This document shows, piece by piece, positions 38,573-48,771 of a DNA stretch of 48,989 nt. Position 1 is the stretch's first letter. Every line of letters starts with the position of its first letter. Source of the stretch: Candidatus Micrarchaeota archaeon (GTDB lineage Archaea > Micrarchaeota > Micrarchaeia > Anstonellales > Bilamarchaeaceae); the NCBI GenBank assembly GCA_014730115.1, contig WJIU01000032.1, positions 1 to 48,989 of the forward strand, read 5' to 3'. Under the pieces are notes generated by a model, which was not told where the DNA came from, did not search any database, and was given only the letters and a program-made list of their open reading frames with translations. Position numbers and translations under genes: made by a program.

Positions 38573-39871
38573 ATGAAGGTCGTTCTAGTTGGAAATGGTG
38601 CAAGGGAGCACATAATAGCAGAAAAACTGGCGCAGGGCTGTGAACTCTATGCCCTGATGTCCAAGAAGAATCCGGCAATAGCCCAGCTCTCCAGGGAATT
38701 CTGGCTCTGCGATATTGAGAATCCTGGAGAAGTTGCCTCTGCTATCAGGGGCAAGGACTTTGACCTTGCCTTCTCAAGTCCGGACGCCACTCTGGAGGCA
38801 GGGATTAGCGATGTTTTTGAAGAACAGGGGGTTCTTGTTGCCTCTCCTTCCAGGGAGGCATCGCGCATTGAGTGGGACAAGGGCTTTATGAGAAGCCTTA
38901 TGGCCAGGCACCGGATAAAAGGCCTTCCCAGGCACGAGGTTGTAGAAAGGGTTGAGGATGCCCTCATGGTTGTCAGGGAGTATGGCAGCGTTGCAATAAA
39001 ACCACTGGGGCTGACCGGAGGAAAGGGGGTAAAGGTCAGTGGCGACCATTTTGATACTGTTGATGAAAAGGCAGGGTATGCCCAGGCCCTTATCAAGAAA
39101 GACGGGAAGGTACTTATAGAAGAGAAGCTGGTTGGCGAGGAGTTCACCTTTCAGGCATTTTCCGACGGCTCCAGGATTGCCATGATGCCGCCGGTCCAGG
39201 ACCACAAGAGGGCCTATGAAGGCGATTCCGGCCCGAATACCGGAGGGATGGGCAGCTATTCCACCGGAAGAAACCTTCCTTTCCTGAACGATTCAGACCT
39301 GGAGGATGCAAAATCCATACTCAGGGGGACTATACACGCAATGAAAAAAGAGGGCACGCCCTTCAAGGGCATCCTTTACGGGCAGTTCATGGCAACGCCC
39401 GACGGAATAAAGGTCGTGGAGTTCAATGCCCGTTTCGGGGACCCGGAAGCCATGAATGTGCTCTCACTGCTCCAGGGCTCCCTGGTTGATACCTTTATCT
39501 CTATGGCGGAAGGGCAAATCAACCCCCCTGCCTTTTCCGATGAGTCCACCGTGGTGAAGTATCTTGTTCCGGAAGGCTATCCCGAATCCCCCAAAAAGGA
39601 TGCTGAGGTTGGTGTGGATAGCCTGGGCCTGGAAAATGCCGGTGCCAGGCTTTATTATGCATCGGTGTATGAGCAGAACGGAAAGATTATGACCACCGGC
39701 TCAAGAGCATTCGGGGTGCTTGGCAAGGCGGCCACTATTGAGGAAGCGGAGGCGGTAGCAGAAAAAGGATGTGCATTTGTCTCCGGACCGGTCTGGCACC
39801 GCCGGGACATCGGAACCGGAGAGCTGATTGACAAGCGCATCTCCAATATGAAATCACTGAGGGAATCATGA
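38573..39871 (+). CDS. purD: Phosphoribosylamine--glycine ligase
   Basis: GNGAREH, GLTGGKGV, QDHKR..GPNTGGMG, EFNARFGDPE, RRDIG. Confidence 0.95.
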   Translation: MKVVLVGNGAREHIIAEKLAQGCELYALMSKKNPAIAQLSREFWLCDIENPGEVASAIRGKDFDLAFSSPDATLEAGISDVFEEQGVLVASPSREASRIEWDKGFMRSLMARHRIKGLPRHEVVERVEDALMVVREYGSVAIKPLGLTGGKGVKVSGDHFDTVDEKAGYAQALIKKDGKVLIEEKLVGEEFTFQAFSDGSRIAMMPPVQDHKRAYEGDSGPNTGGMGSYSTGRNLPFLNDSDLEDAKSILRGTIHAMKKEGTPFKGILYGQFMATPDGIKVVEFNARFGDPEAMNVLSLLQGSLVDTFISMAEGQINPPAFSDESTVVKYLVPEGYPESPKKDAEVGVDSLGLENAGARLYYASVYEQNGKIMTTGSRAFGVLGKAATIEEAEAVAEKGCAFVSGPVWHRRDIGTGELIDKRISNMKSLRES

Positions 39872-41085
39872 AACCCTTTGCTATTCTCCTGATTCTGCTC
39901 AGCTTTTCCTTTGCAGCCCCAACATTCGGTTTTTCCAGGATGGATGTTGAAAGGACCTGGATTATTGAGAACGGAGAAAACAGCACAATCAATTTTACCG
40001 GCTCCCTTATAGTCAACAACAGCAATCAGAGGGTGCGGAACGTTACTGTTTCCCCCGGAGCCAGTTATTACCTGGATGGGGACGGAGTGGTTAAAATCCA
40101 TTACCAGGGAAAAGTCAATTCCAGCCGCTTTGCCGTCAGCGCGGAAGCGGTGGCGGACATCAGCTACGACACCGGCATCAAAAATGACCCGCCCCTTCCT
40201 GAAAAGGACCTTTCCTTTTCCAACCTGACCGGGCCCAGCCAGGACATTGTTACAGAAGCAAGGCTTCTCTCCGACCAAAGCTCAACCCTTACAACCATAG
40301 AAAACATGGTCAACTGGGTGCATGAAAACGTGGAATATGACATTTCCTGCTGGGGGGAATCCCGCCCTGCCTCGGCCGTATTTGAGGAAAGGAGAGGCGT
40401 TTGTGTGGAGTATTCCCACCTGCTTATTTCCATGGCCCGCTCCTCAGGGCTGGAAACCCGCTATGTGAGCGGGTATGTTTATACCAACTCCTGGCAGCCC
40501 CACGCGTGGGTGGAAATTCTTGTTCCCGGATACGGCTGGCTTCCGGCGGATGCTACATTTGCCCAGGCCGGGATTCTGGACAGCAGCCACGTTGCCGTAA
40601 ACTACGGGGATGACCAATCCACCTCCTATGACATGCTTTTTTCCAACGATTCCGACGTCATGATGTCTGTCAACAGCCGGGTAGTGGATAAACTATCCTC
40701 CAGGGACCCCAAAGGGGTCAACCTGTCCATGGATTATGACAACCAGACCTTTGTTGTCGGGGTTTACATAGAAAATAAAAGGCCTGAGTATGTTTTTGGA
40801 ACCTACCAGTTCAGCGTTCCTGAGGCATATGGGGCAGAGACATCTTCGGTTTTGCTTCTGACGCCCCAGGAAAAAGTCAAAAGGTATTGCGGGCTGAACT
40901 ATTCCCTGTTTAACGACGGCTATACCTATGCAGTGCCGGCCAGGGCCTCATTCAACGATGCTGAAGATGAAAAAAGCATAGTGATTGACGGCGAATACGA
41001 TTCGGAAAAAGACTATGCCCCGGATGAAATCTGCATGCTTCCTTTTGCTTTTTTCGGGGTGCTGCTGGCAATAGCGCTTCATTAA
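39868..41085 (+). CDS. Secreted transglutaminase-like cysteine protease domain protein with C-terminal anchor
   Basis: Signal peptide; GVCVEYS, HAWVE, DAT triad; hydrophobic C-terminus. Confidence 0.85.
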   Translation: MKPFAILLILLSFSFAAPTFGFSRMDVERTWIIENGENSTINFTGSLIVNNSNQRVRNVTVSPGASYYLDGDGVVKIHYQGKVNSSRFAVSAEAVADISYDTGIKNDPPLPEKDLSFSNLTGPSQDIVTEARLLSDQSSTLTTIENMVNWVHENVEYDISCWGESRPASAVFEERRGVCVEYSHLLISMARSSGLETRYVSGYVYTNSWQPHAWVEILVPGYGWLPADATFAQAGILDSSHVAVNYGDDQSTSYDMLFSNDSDVMMSVNSRVVDKLSSRDPKGVNLSMDYDNQTFVVGVYIENKRPEYVFGTYQFSVPEAYGAETSSVLLLTPQEKVKRYCGLNYSLFNDGYTYAVPARASFNDAEDEKSIVIDGEYDSEKDYAPDEICMLPFAFFGVLLAIALH

Positions 41086-41110
41086 AAAGTATTTCTTCCA
41101 TGTTCTCGGT

Positions 41111-42202
41111 ATGGCCAGGGTGCATGTCGTAGGTGCAGGGCCGGCGGGGTCTGTTGCAGCCATAAGCGCGCTACGCAATAACCACGGGGTTGTAATTTCC
41201 GAAGAGCATCCCACGGCAGGCATTCCATTAAACTGCTCCGGCCTTTTCTCCTGTGACGGTCTGGAAACGCTCCGCGATTTGTTTGACTATCGCAGGACCG
41301 TGATTAACCCTATTTATGGTGCAGACATATATTTCGGGGAGCACAGGCTTTCAGTTAGCCGGGACGCTCCGGTAGGGATGGTTTGCGACCGCTCTGCATT
41401 TGACCGCCGTCTGGCGGAGGTTGCAGAGCAGGAAGGGGCGGAAATCCGCTACGGGGAAAGGGTGGAAAGCAGTTTTTGCTCGGAAATTGTCATTGGTGCG
41501 GACGGGCCGTCTTCATCAGTTGCGCGCAACTTCGGATTTCCCAGGATTCCAGCATATGCCTGCACGCTTCACGCAATGGCAGAATACCATAGCGAAGACC
41601 ACCACCGGGTGGAGGTTTATATTTCCAATTCCAGGTTTCCCGGCTTCTTTGCTTGGGTGATTCCCCATGATGAATATACGGCTGAGCTTGGGGTGGGCGT
41701 TGCCGCCCCCAATTCTGTTTCCAGAGCATGGGAAAACCTGCTTTCCCTTAAAAAGGTTAAGCCGATGGAAAAGCCGAAGGGGCATGCCATTCCCATTTCA
41801 ATGAGGCGCAGCTCATCAGCAGGCAGGGGAAAAAGGAAAGTCCTGCTGGTAGGGGATGCCGCCGGACAGGTGAAGGCTACCACCGGAGGGGGCGTGGTCT
41901 TCGGAAGCAATTGTGCAAGGATTGCAGGCTGTTATGCAGACAGCCCCGGAAGGTATGAGCTGGAATGGAGATTGAGGTTCGGAGCAGACCTTTATGCCCA
42001 CCACCTGGTGCGCTCATACCTGGCCGGCCTCGACGACAATGCCGTGGCAGACCTTGGCAAAAGGCTTAAGAAGCTCAATTGCGATGTCTTTTTGTCCGAT
42101 TACGGCCACATGGACAGGCCAATCCAGATGATTCGTCCCGAGATGGTGATACATCTTCTGAAAAACATTGCGGGAGTTGCTTTTGATGCAAGGCAAGGTT
42201 GA
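41111..42202 (+). CDS. Geranylgeranyl reductase family FAD oxidoreductase
   Basis: VVGAGPAG, CSG, DR..FD, GADG, FFAWVIP, GDAAGQVK..TGGG. Confidence 0.85.
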   Translation: MARVHVVGAGPAGSVAAISALRNNHGVVISEEHPTAGIPLNCSGLFSCDGLETLRDLFDYRRTVINPIYGADIYFGEHRLSVSRDAPVGMVCDRSAFDRRLAEVAEQEGAEIRYGERVESSFCSEIVIGADGPSSSVARNFGFPRIPAYACTLHAMAEYHSEDHHRVEVYISNSRFPGFFAWVIPHDEYTAELGVGVAAPNSVSRAWENLLSLKKVKPMEKPKGHAIPISMRRSSSAGRGKRKVLLVGDAAGQVKATTGGGVVFGSNCARIAGCYADSPGRYELEWRLRFGADLYAHHLVRSYLAGLDDNAVADLGKRLKKLNCDVFLSDYGHMDRPIQMIRPEMVIHLLKNIAGVAFDARQG

Positions 42203-42950
42203 AAAATACATTCTTGATGAGCTGGAGAAGAGCAAAGGTCTTCTGTTTGCGCTTATCGACCCTCTTGATTATGAGACGCCGGAAGACGCGGTCAGGACTG
42301 CCAGGAATGCCGATGAGGCAGATGCGGATGTGCTGCTGATTGGGGGAAGCACCGGCGTCCAGGGGGAGGTCCTGGACAGCGTTGCCAAGGAAATCAAAAA
42401 AGAAGTCTCCAAGCCGGTGGTTCTTTTTCCCGGCAACATAGGAACGCTTACCCAGTATGCTGATGCGGTCTACTTTATGTCCATGCTCAATTCCAGGAAC
42501 ACCTACTGGGTCAGCGAGGCTCAGGCCCTGGCTGCCCCCGTTGTCCGGCATTACGGCATAGAGCCCCTGCCCGTTGCCTACGTGGTTGTTGATCCCGGAG
42601 GAACAGTGGGGTGGGTGGGAGACGCCAAAAGGATTCCCAGGAGCAAGCCGAAGATTGCAGCAGCGTTTGCAATGGCCGCGGAGTACATGGGATTCCGCTT
42701 CTTTGTTACCGATGCCGGAAGCAATCCCGAGACCGGGCATATTCCGCTGGAGATGGTGAAGGCAGTAGGCTCGGCCACCACCATACCCTATATAGCAGCA
42801 GGGGGCATCCGGAGCCCGGAGGAAGCAAAATCAGTAATCAGGGCCGGGGCAGACATTATCCAGGTGGGAACTGCATTTGAGAAAGAGGGCTCTGTTTCCA
42901 AGATAAAAGACATGGTGAAGGCAGTAAGAGACGGGGCGAAATCGCGATGA
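42186..42950 (+). CDS. Geranylgeranylglyceryl phosphate synthase (group II)
   Basis: LIDP, IGGST, LFPGN, FMSMLNSRN, GGGI-like AGGIRS. Confidence 0.9.
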   Translation: MQGKVEKYILDELEKSKGLLFALIDPLDYETPEDAVRTARNADEADADVLLIGGSTGVQGEVLDSVAKEIKKEVSKPVVLFPGNIGTLTQYADAVYFMSMLNSRNTYWVSEAQALAAPVVRHYGIEPLPVAYVVVDPGGTVGWVGDAKRIPRSKPKIAAAFAMAAEYMGFRFFVTDAGSNPETGHIPLEMVKAVGSATTIPYIAAGGIRSPEEAKSVIRAGADIIQVGTAFEKEGSVSKIKDMVKAVRDGAKSR

Positions 42951-43621
42951 ATGCCTCTTTCATTGAATTCCTTGCCAGGAACGGTGCAATACGGTTTGGT
43001 GAATTCACTCTCAAAAGCGGAAGGGAATCCCCTTACTTCATTGACATGGGGGTGATTTCCGGCGGAGCCGGCATTTCCGAGCTGGGCAGGCATTATGCAG
43101 AAATGATACACGGGGAATTCGGCACCGGCTTTGATGTAATATTCGGCCCCGCGTACAAAGGGGTGCCGATTGCAGTAAGCGCCGCGGTCGAGTTCAGGAA
43201 TCTCTATTCTTCAGACAAAAGGTGGCTTTTCGACCGCAAGGAGAAAAAGCTGCACGGCGCGGACGCAAACAGCATGTTCGTAGGAAGCCACGGACTGGAC
43301 CTGGGCTCCAGGGTGGTTATTGTTGATGATGTGATAACCACCGGGGGAACCAAGATAGAAGCCATTGAGAAGCTCAGAAAGACCATCAAGGCCGAGGTGC
43401 TGGGCATTGTGATTGCAGTGGACCGGATGGAAACCGGCAAAAAGAAAAGCGCGGTTGAAGAGTTTGCGGAGCTTGCCGGGGTTAAGGTCCTTGCCATAGA
43501 GAACATTGAAAACATCTTCAGTTATCTGAAGGAAAACAGGGTTGACGGAAAAACGTACGTAACCGACAAAACCTTTGGGAAATACAAGGAATACATGCGG
43601 AAATATGGCGCTCAATCCTGA
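42947..43621 (+). CDS. pyrE: Orotate phosphoribosyltransferase
   Basis: FGEFTLKSGRESPYF, FGPAYKG, DRKEKK.HG, IVDDVITTG. Confidence 0.95.
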   Translation: MNASFIEFLARNGAIRFGEFTLKSGRESPYFIDMGVISGGAGISELGRHYAEMIHGEFGTGFDVIFGPAYKGVPIAVSAAVEFRNLYSSDKRWLFDRKEKKLHGADANSMFVGSHGLDLGSRVVIVDDVITTGGTKIEAIEKLRKTIKAEVLGIVIAVDRMETGKKKSAVEEFAELAGVKVLAIENIENIFSYLKENRVDGKTYVTDKTFGKYKEYMRKYGAQS

Positions 43622-44718
43622 ATGCAGAAGTCGATGAACCCGTCATTTATTTCTGTAACTTCCAGCCGTTTGCATTCTGCCTCTGTGGAAAGCATTCCTG
43701 CGATGCTGGGGCTGGTCCTTCCTTTATCTCCTGATATCAGTTCCTTTATGTAAGTCCCGGCCTCTGCCTTAATCTCAAGAGAGAGAGCATCCCCCCTTTT
43801 CTCCAACACCCTTGCGTTTTTTACCTTGCGGTGCCTTACCAGGTCTGCCCTTCTGTGGGAAACCCTTGCGGGAGTCCGTTGCAGTATTGTCTGCCCGGTT
43901 AATGATTCAATCTTTCCTGCTTCCTTCCCGGTTATCCCCCTTCCGAGTTTTACCTCTGCCAGGTAGGTTTTGTCGAAATGGGATTCAGTCACAAGTTCAA
44001 CGAAACTTCTGTCTACGATTTTCAGGTCTTCTGCCTCAACCTCTCCCGAAGCCTTTATTGCATCTGCGACCCTGCCAAGGTCCGGATTGCGGTTTTCCGG
44101 GGCGCTGATTTCCAGGACAAATGGCCTTCCGGCGGTGTTGGTTGCGTCGACATCCTCCCTTCCCGAAGCATGTATCACATAGCTTTCGGCTCCGGTATCT
44201 TTTTTGAAGGGGTCGCCAATTCTTTCTTCCACTGAGTCGTAGTTTTTCCCCCTGCCCCCGCACTGGGGACAGCCCTTTCCCCCGCATTTGCGGCATGGCC
44301 ACCTGCTCTGGGAAAGCCCTGGCTTCAGCTTTTTGTACCTGCCGAAAACAAACAAGTCATTCCTGCGGACCGAAACCTCGCCATTGCGGTAGTCAAACAC
44401 CAGCCTCACATCCCCTTCTTTGGAATATTCCAGCCCTGCCGCATTGCTGATATCCCCGGATATCCTTTTGTTCAGGAGGTTCTTCATGCTCTGGGTTTCC
44501 CTGCATATCTTCAGGTCCCAGACGTCCTCCTCCCGTGTCATCCAGTCCTTGGGCAGCCGGGTGGACAGGGAAAAGCTTTTTGCATCCTCTTTTTCCAGGA
44601 GCGCTTCTGCCTTTTTTATCATTTCAGGAGTTTGTGTCGCCTTGCCCTGGCAGATGTGGCATTCTCCGGTCTCAAAAGCTTTGCAATTGGCAGAATTGCA
44701 GATTTCACAGAGAAACAT
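43612..44718 (-). CDS. pus10: tRNA pseudouridine(54/55) synthase Pus10
   Basis: GRYKK, SVEE, HASGREDVD, GRPFVLE, QRTP.RV.HRR, AGTYIKELISGD.GRT.PS. Confidence 0.92.
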   Translation of the reverse strand: MFLCEICNSANCKAFETGECHICQGKATQTPEMIKKAEALLEKEDAKSFSLSTRLPKDWMTREEDVWDLKICRETQSMKNLLNKRISGDISNAAGLEYSKEGDVRLVFDYRNGEVSVRRNDLFVFGRYKKLKPGLSQSRWPCRKCGGKGCPQCGGRGKNYDSVEERIGDPFKKDTGAESYVIHASGREDVDATNTAGRPFVLEISAPENRNPDLGRVADAIKASGEVEAEDLKIVDRSFVELVTESHFDKTYLAEVKLGRGITGKEAGKIESLTGQTILQRTPARVSHRRADLVRHRKVKNARVLEKRGDALSLEIKAEAGTYIKELISGDKGRTSPSIAGMLSTEAECKRLEVTEINDGFIDFCIQD

Positions 44719-44723
44719 TTCAA

Positions 44724-45071
44724 TCAGACTAGCTCAAGATGCGGCTCCGAAGACAAGGCATTTTTTACCCGGTATCCCTCGATTATCAGGACCGCCCTTT
44801 TTATGTCGTTTTTCATTTCATCGGACTCTTCCAGTTTAAGGGCCTTCTCCACGTAAAGGCCGAAGTCGGCCAGTGTACCGGTTCCGTTGTCGGTCATAAT
44901 GCCCAGGATTTTTACTACCATCTTTTTTGCCTTTTTGTCGCTTCCCCAGACACTCAGGGCAAGCGCAACCTGGTTTATGAAATGGGCCTTGTCAGCTTCG
45001 TTCATGTCCTTCCAGATTTTGATGATTCTTTTCTTCTTTTCGTCGTCAAGAATATCAAGCGAAGCTACCAT
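44724..45071 (-). CDS. Hypothetical protein
   Basis: GGTGGAGG SD upstream; coupled between the upstream ORF and pus10. Confidence 0.75.
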   Translation of the reverse strand: MVASLDILDDEKKKRIIKIWKDMNEADKAHFINQVALALSVWGSDKKAKKMVVKILGIMTDNGTGTLADFGLYVEKALKLEESDEMKNDIKRAVLIIEGYRVKNALSSEPHLELV

Positions 45072-45427
45072 TATGCTGCCTCCACCCAGCCCCTGAGGCT
45101 GAAGTCCTCAGGCCTGTCAGCGCTGTCTATGGCCTCGGCCAGTGCCAATGCGCGGTCCAGTCCGCTTCTTGTCATGGGCGCCCGGACAGGCGATTCCTGC
45201 TCCCTGGGCACCTTTCTGAAAATCAGCTCTCCCAGGATGTCTCTTTCCTCCGCTGGCCGGGGCGTTGCCTGCATTGTCCTCTGGGAAACTCTTGATTCTC
45301 TTCCAATTTCTTCAAGCTCCTGAATCCTTTCCAGGGAAAATGAGGGCCCTGCGGAAAATACCATGTCAAGCAACTCATTGAACCTTCTTCTGAAATCCCT
45401 TTTTCGCTGCTGTTTGGTTAGGGCCAT
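45071..45427 (-). CDS. Hypothetical protein
   Basis: 118-aa ORF; TAATG overlap with the next gene; upstream TTATAAAA. Confidence 0.6.
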   Translation of the reverse strand: MALTKQQRKRDFRRRFNELLDMVFSAGPSFSLERIQELEEIGRESRVSQRTMQATPRPAEERDILGELIFRKVPREQESPVRAPMTRSGLDRALALAEAIDSADRPEDFSLRGWVEAA

Positions 45428-45522
45428 GCTAAATTATGGTAATCATATTTTATAATGATATCAGTAGGCGGTGATTGCAGGATTGGAATACACTTAAATT
45501 TCTTTTGGGTATGTTATTATTT

Positions 45523-46311
45523 ATGTATAGAGGCGACTTTACTGGAGGGCGCCCTGCCGGCCGGAAGGTTGCAATTATCGGCTGCGAGGCAAAGGCCCAG
45601 TTCTGCATGAAGTTCAGGGGCAAGAGAAGGCCCAACCGGGAGTTTGTGGCGCTTGCAGTGAAGTCTTTGGGCCTGGAGCCCCTGATGCATACCCCGGTGG
45701 AAAACATAGATGATTTTCCGAAGACAGGGGGATTCGGGGGAATTATCATGGGCGGCTCCAGCCTTTATGTCCGAAACCAGGACATTGCCGAAAACGACTG
45801 GCTGAAAAAGCTGATTGACTTTGTAAGGGAACTGCACGGAAAGGTGCCGATTCTGGGCCTGTGCTTCGGGCACCAGGTGATAGGCCGGGCCTTTGGCTCG
45901 CAAGCAAAGATTTATGGCCCCGGCATTTTTTATGAAGCAGGCTTTGTTCCGGTCATGCTTACTCCGGAGGGAAAAAGGGATGTTCTTTTCAGAGGGATGC
46001 CGGAAAGATTCAGTGCCTTGTTTTCCCATTATTCCTGCATCCCGTGGGTTCCTGAGGTGGGCATTGCCCTGGCATTGCCGGTTAATCAGGCCAACCCGAG
46101 CATTCAGGCGATGAGGGTGGGCGAATCCACCTGGGGCGTGCAGTTCCACCCAGAGTATCCGGAATCAGGAATTAAGGAAATCGTTCTGAAAGACAGGGCG
46201 GCCATTGAGGAGCACGTGGATGTTGAGGCTGTTCTTAGGAGCCTTAAGCCGGGAAAACGGGAGGATGTCCGCACGCTTGAAAACTTTGCAGATTTTGTGT
46301 TGAGCACATAA
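45523..46311 (+). CDS. Class I glutamine amidotransferase-like protein
   Basis: GIIMGGS, LGLCFGHQ, GVQFHPE. Start uncertain. Confidence 0.85.
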   Translation: MYRGDFTGGRPAGRKVAIIGCEAKAQFCMKFRGKRRPNREFVALAVKSLGLEPLMHTPVENIDDFPKTGGFGGIIMGGSSLYVRNQDIAENDWLKKLIDFVRELHGKVPILGLCFGHQVIGRAFGSQAKIYGPGIFYEAGFVPVMLTPEGKRDVLFRGMPERFSALFSHYSCIPWVPEVGIALALPVNQANPSIQAMRVGESTWGVQFHPEYPESGIKEIVLKDRAAIEEHVDVEAVLRSLKPGKREDVRTLENFADFVLST

Positions 46312-46361
46312 AAGATTTAAGCAGAGGCATGGGTTTCCGTGGCTAGGGCCTTTTTACGTAT

Positions 46362-48740
46362 CTAAAAAAATGAATCCAGGCTTTTCTGCTTCCCCCCGAC
46401 TTTCATGCTGTACTCATCATAGCCAAGCTCTTTCAGAATCTTCATAACCGCGGGCAGCACCTGGTTGTTCACATAATACTCAACGTCATAGTCTTCAGCG
46501 AGCTCCAGCGGGACCGCCTTTTCGGATATGCTTGCCCCCTTCCTGCCTACCACATATGAAATAATCGTTCCCCTTTCCACCGGAATGCCCCTTTTCAGCA
46601 TTTTTTTGGCTGCGCTCAGCTCAGGGCTTTTGATTTCATACCTTGTAGGGTCCTTCTTGAGCTGGGTGATTATTGCCAGCTTTTCCAGAGGCACCGTTCC
46701 TTTTTCCAGCTCTTTTATCGTTTCCCTTACAATCCTTACTGCCTTCTGCTTGCTCCCCTCTTTCAGGATTGCCTCCAGCACCTTCAGCTGGGTATCCTTG
46801 GCAATGTCCGACCAGTCCCTTCGCACCAGTTCGAAGCCCCTTATCTTTATCCTTCCGTCATCTTCAATCATTGCGTATTTCTTTTTTGCCCCCCTTGCTT
46901 CCCCTCCTTTTTTGCTGACAAAAACGCCCCTGGTGTAAAAACCCTCCAGCTCAAGCTCCATCTTGCCGGGGAGGCTGTCGTTTATCCCGTTCATGAAATC
47001 CCGGACCTGATTTTTTTCCTCATAGATGAGAAACACTGAATCAGTATCTGCATAAAGGACCTGGAAGCCCGCCTTTTCTGCCTTCTGGATGGTGTCCATA
47101 ATGTGTTTTCTTCCCCATGCTGTTACGCTTTCCGCGCACGGCCGGGAATAGTACCTGGAGCGTGCATATCCCAGGTAGCCATAGAAGGAATTGGAGAGTA
47201 TCTTGAGAGCGTGGGAGCGGGCATTCATCTTGACATAGGCGGCTGAGGACCTGTCCATTGTTTTCAGCCTGCTCTTGATTTTTGACCTCATGTCGACAAG
47301 GTAGTCCAGAACCACGGGAACCAGGCCCTGCTTCTCTTTTGTGAATTTGGCACCGGTAGGTGAAACATAGGCATTCTCCCCCCCATCCTCAAGAAGAGTG
47401 CCTGGGTCTATGTTGTAAGAGACTATGATGGAGGGGTACAGCCCTCTGAAATCCAGCACTGCGATGTTCTCGTATATGCCCGGCTCGGGGAGCTTGACAA
47501 AAGCGCCCTGTATGGGGGCGTTCAGCCTTTCATAGATTGCCTCCCCTACCGGCCTTCTTGGAATAAGCTCTTTTCTTTCCGCAGCATGGTACATAAGCAG
47601 GTTTTCCACGAGCTGGCCGCTGGTGGAGAGGGTCACCTGGAAAAGTGGTATCTTTGCGGTGCTTGACATTTCCATCTCAAGGGGGAGGAAGTTCTCCCCA
47701 AGGTCATAGGTAAGCTCCGCGTCCACAATTGAGTAATCGGCGAGCTGGTCCACGCCTCCCTGGTCCCAGAGCTGGTATATATCCTCTTTTTTTACGTCTA
47801 GTTTCCTTTTGCCCAGAACCTCTTCAGCAATAGCATCAAGGGTGAACTTCTGTGCCTTGATAAGCCCTATGAACCCGAAAAACCGCATGACCGGGTAGAG
47901 GTCGAAATGCACCCTTCCCCCAATTTCATACCCGTTTATCATTCCCTTGCGCAGGCTTCTCATCCCTCCCTTGAACCGGCCCGGCATCAGCCTTGCGTTC
48001 AGCTTTTTTGCCCTTGCATCAAGGTAAGGCAAATCAAAATTGGCGGAATTGTAACCGTATATCACGTCAGGGTTCTCTTCAGCTATTATCTCACTGAACC
48101 TTTCAATCACAGCCTTTTCATTTTCCAAGGATTCCACAAATTCCCGGGAAGATTCCTTGTAGGTCAGGACGCCTTTGTTCCTTCCGCGGTAGCTTATCAT
48201 GATAACCGGGTCCTTTTTTTCCCGGGGTGCCCCCATGGGATTGTAGGTTTCAATGTCAAAGGAAAGGGTTTCCATCTGTGGCGCCTCTTTGGGTTCCTTC
48301 ACTGAAATTATTTTCTTTATCTCCCTGCCTTCCCTTTCATAGGTGATTACATGAAAGGGGGAAAGCTGCATGTCAAAAATGAACCTCCTGACAAAAGGGA
48401 TGCTGGACTCAAAGCAGGGGAAGGGTATCTGGCTTTTAATGGCCGGAACATCCGAGGGCTCCCGGCAGTAGAGCTTTATAAGCTTCTTTTTTTCCAGGCC
48501 CACATATTTCTCTGCCTCCTCTACATGTATCGGTGAAGCAATACGGCCGTTTTTCTTTTGCGCCTGGATGTCCAGAAATTCCTCTTTTCTTTCAACTGGA
48601 CCATCTACCAGGAAGTATGGGTCATAACGGTAGTAGAGCTTTACAACTTTCTTTCCCTTCAGAAGAAGGGCTACATAGGTGCGGCCTTTTTTCACCACAT
48701 AACTGGCATCCATGAAATAGGCTCGCCTTCGCTTTGCCAT
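46362..48740 (-). CDS. polB: Family B DNA polymerase (PolB3-like)
   Basis: Exo motifs FDIET, GYNSANFD, YSIVD; pol motifs DFRGLYPSII, KILSNSFYG, YADTDS, KKKYA. Confidence 0.96.
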   Translation of the reverse strand: MAKRRRAYFMDASYVVKKGRTYVALLLKGKKVVKLYYRYDPYFLVDGPVERKEEFLDIQAQKKNGRIASPIHVEEAEKYVGLEKKKLIKLYCREPSDVPAIKSQIPFPCFESSIPFVRRFIFDMQLSPFHVITYEREGREIKKIISVKEPKEAPQMETLSFDIETYNPMGAPREKKDPVIMISYRGRNKGVLTYKESSREFVESLENEKAVIERFSEIIAEENPDVIYGYNSANFDLPYLDARAKKLNARLMPGRFKGGMRSLRKGMINGYEIGGRVHFDLYPVMRFFGFIGLIKAQKFTLDAIAEEVLGKRKLDVKKEDIYQLWDQGGVDQLADYSIVDAELTYDLGENFLPLEMEMSSTAKIPLFQVTLSTSGQLVENLLMYHAAERKELIPRRPVGEAIYERLNAPIQGAFVKLPEPGIYENIAVLDFRGLYPSIIVSYNIDPGTLLEDGGENAYVSPTGAKFTKEKQGLVPVVLDYLVDMRSKIKSRLKTMDRSSAAYVKMNARSHALKILSNSFYGYLGYARSRYYSRPCAESVTAWGRKHIMDTIQKAEKAGFQVLYADTDSVFLIYEEKNQVRDFMNGINDSLPGKMELELEGFYTRGVFVSKKGGEARGAKKKYAMIEDDGRIKIRGFELVRRDWSDIAKDTQLKVLEAILKEGSKQKAVRIVRETIKELEKGTVPLEKLAIITQLKKDPTRYEIKSPELSAAKKMLKRGIPVERGTIISYVVGRKGASISEKAVPLELAEDYDVEYYVNNQVLPAVMKILKELGYDEYSMKVGGKQKSLDSFF

Positions 48741-48771
48741 AACCTAAAATTCGGAAAAAAGGATAATAAAC

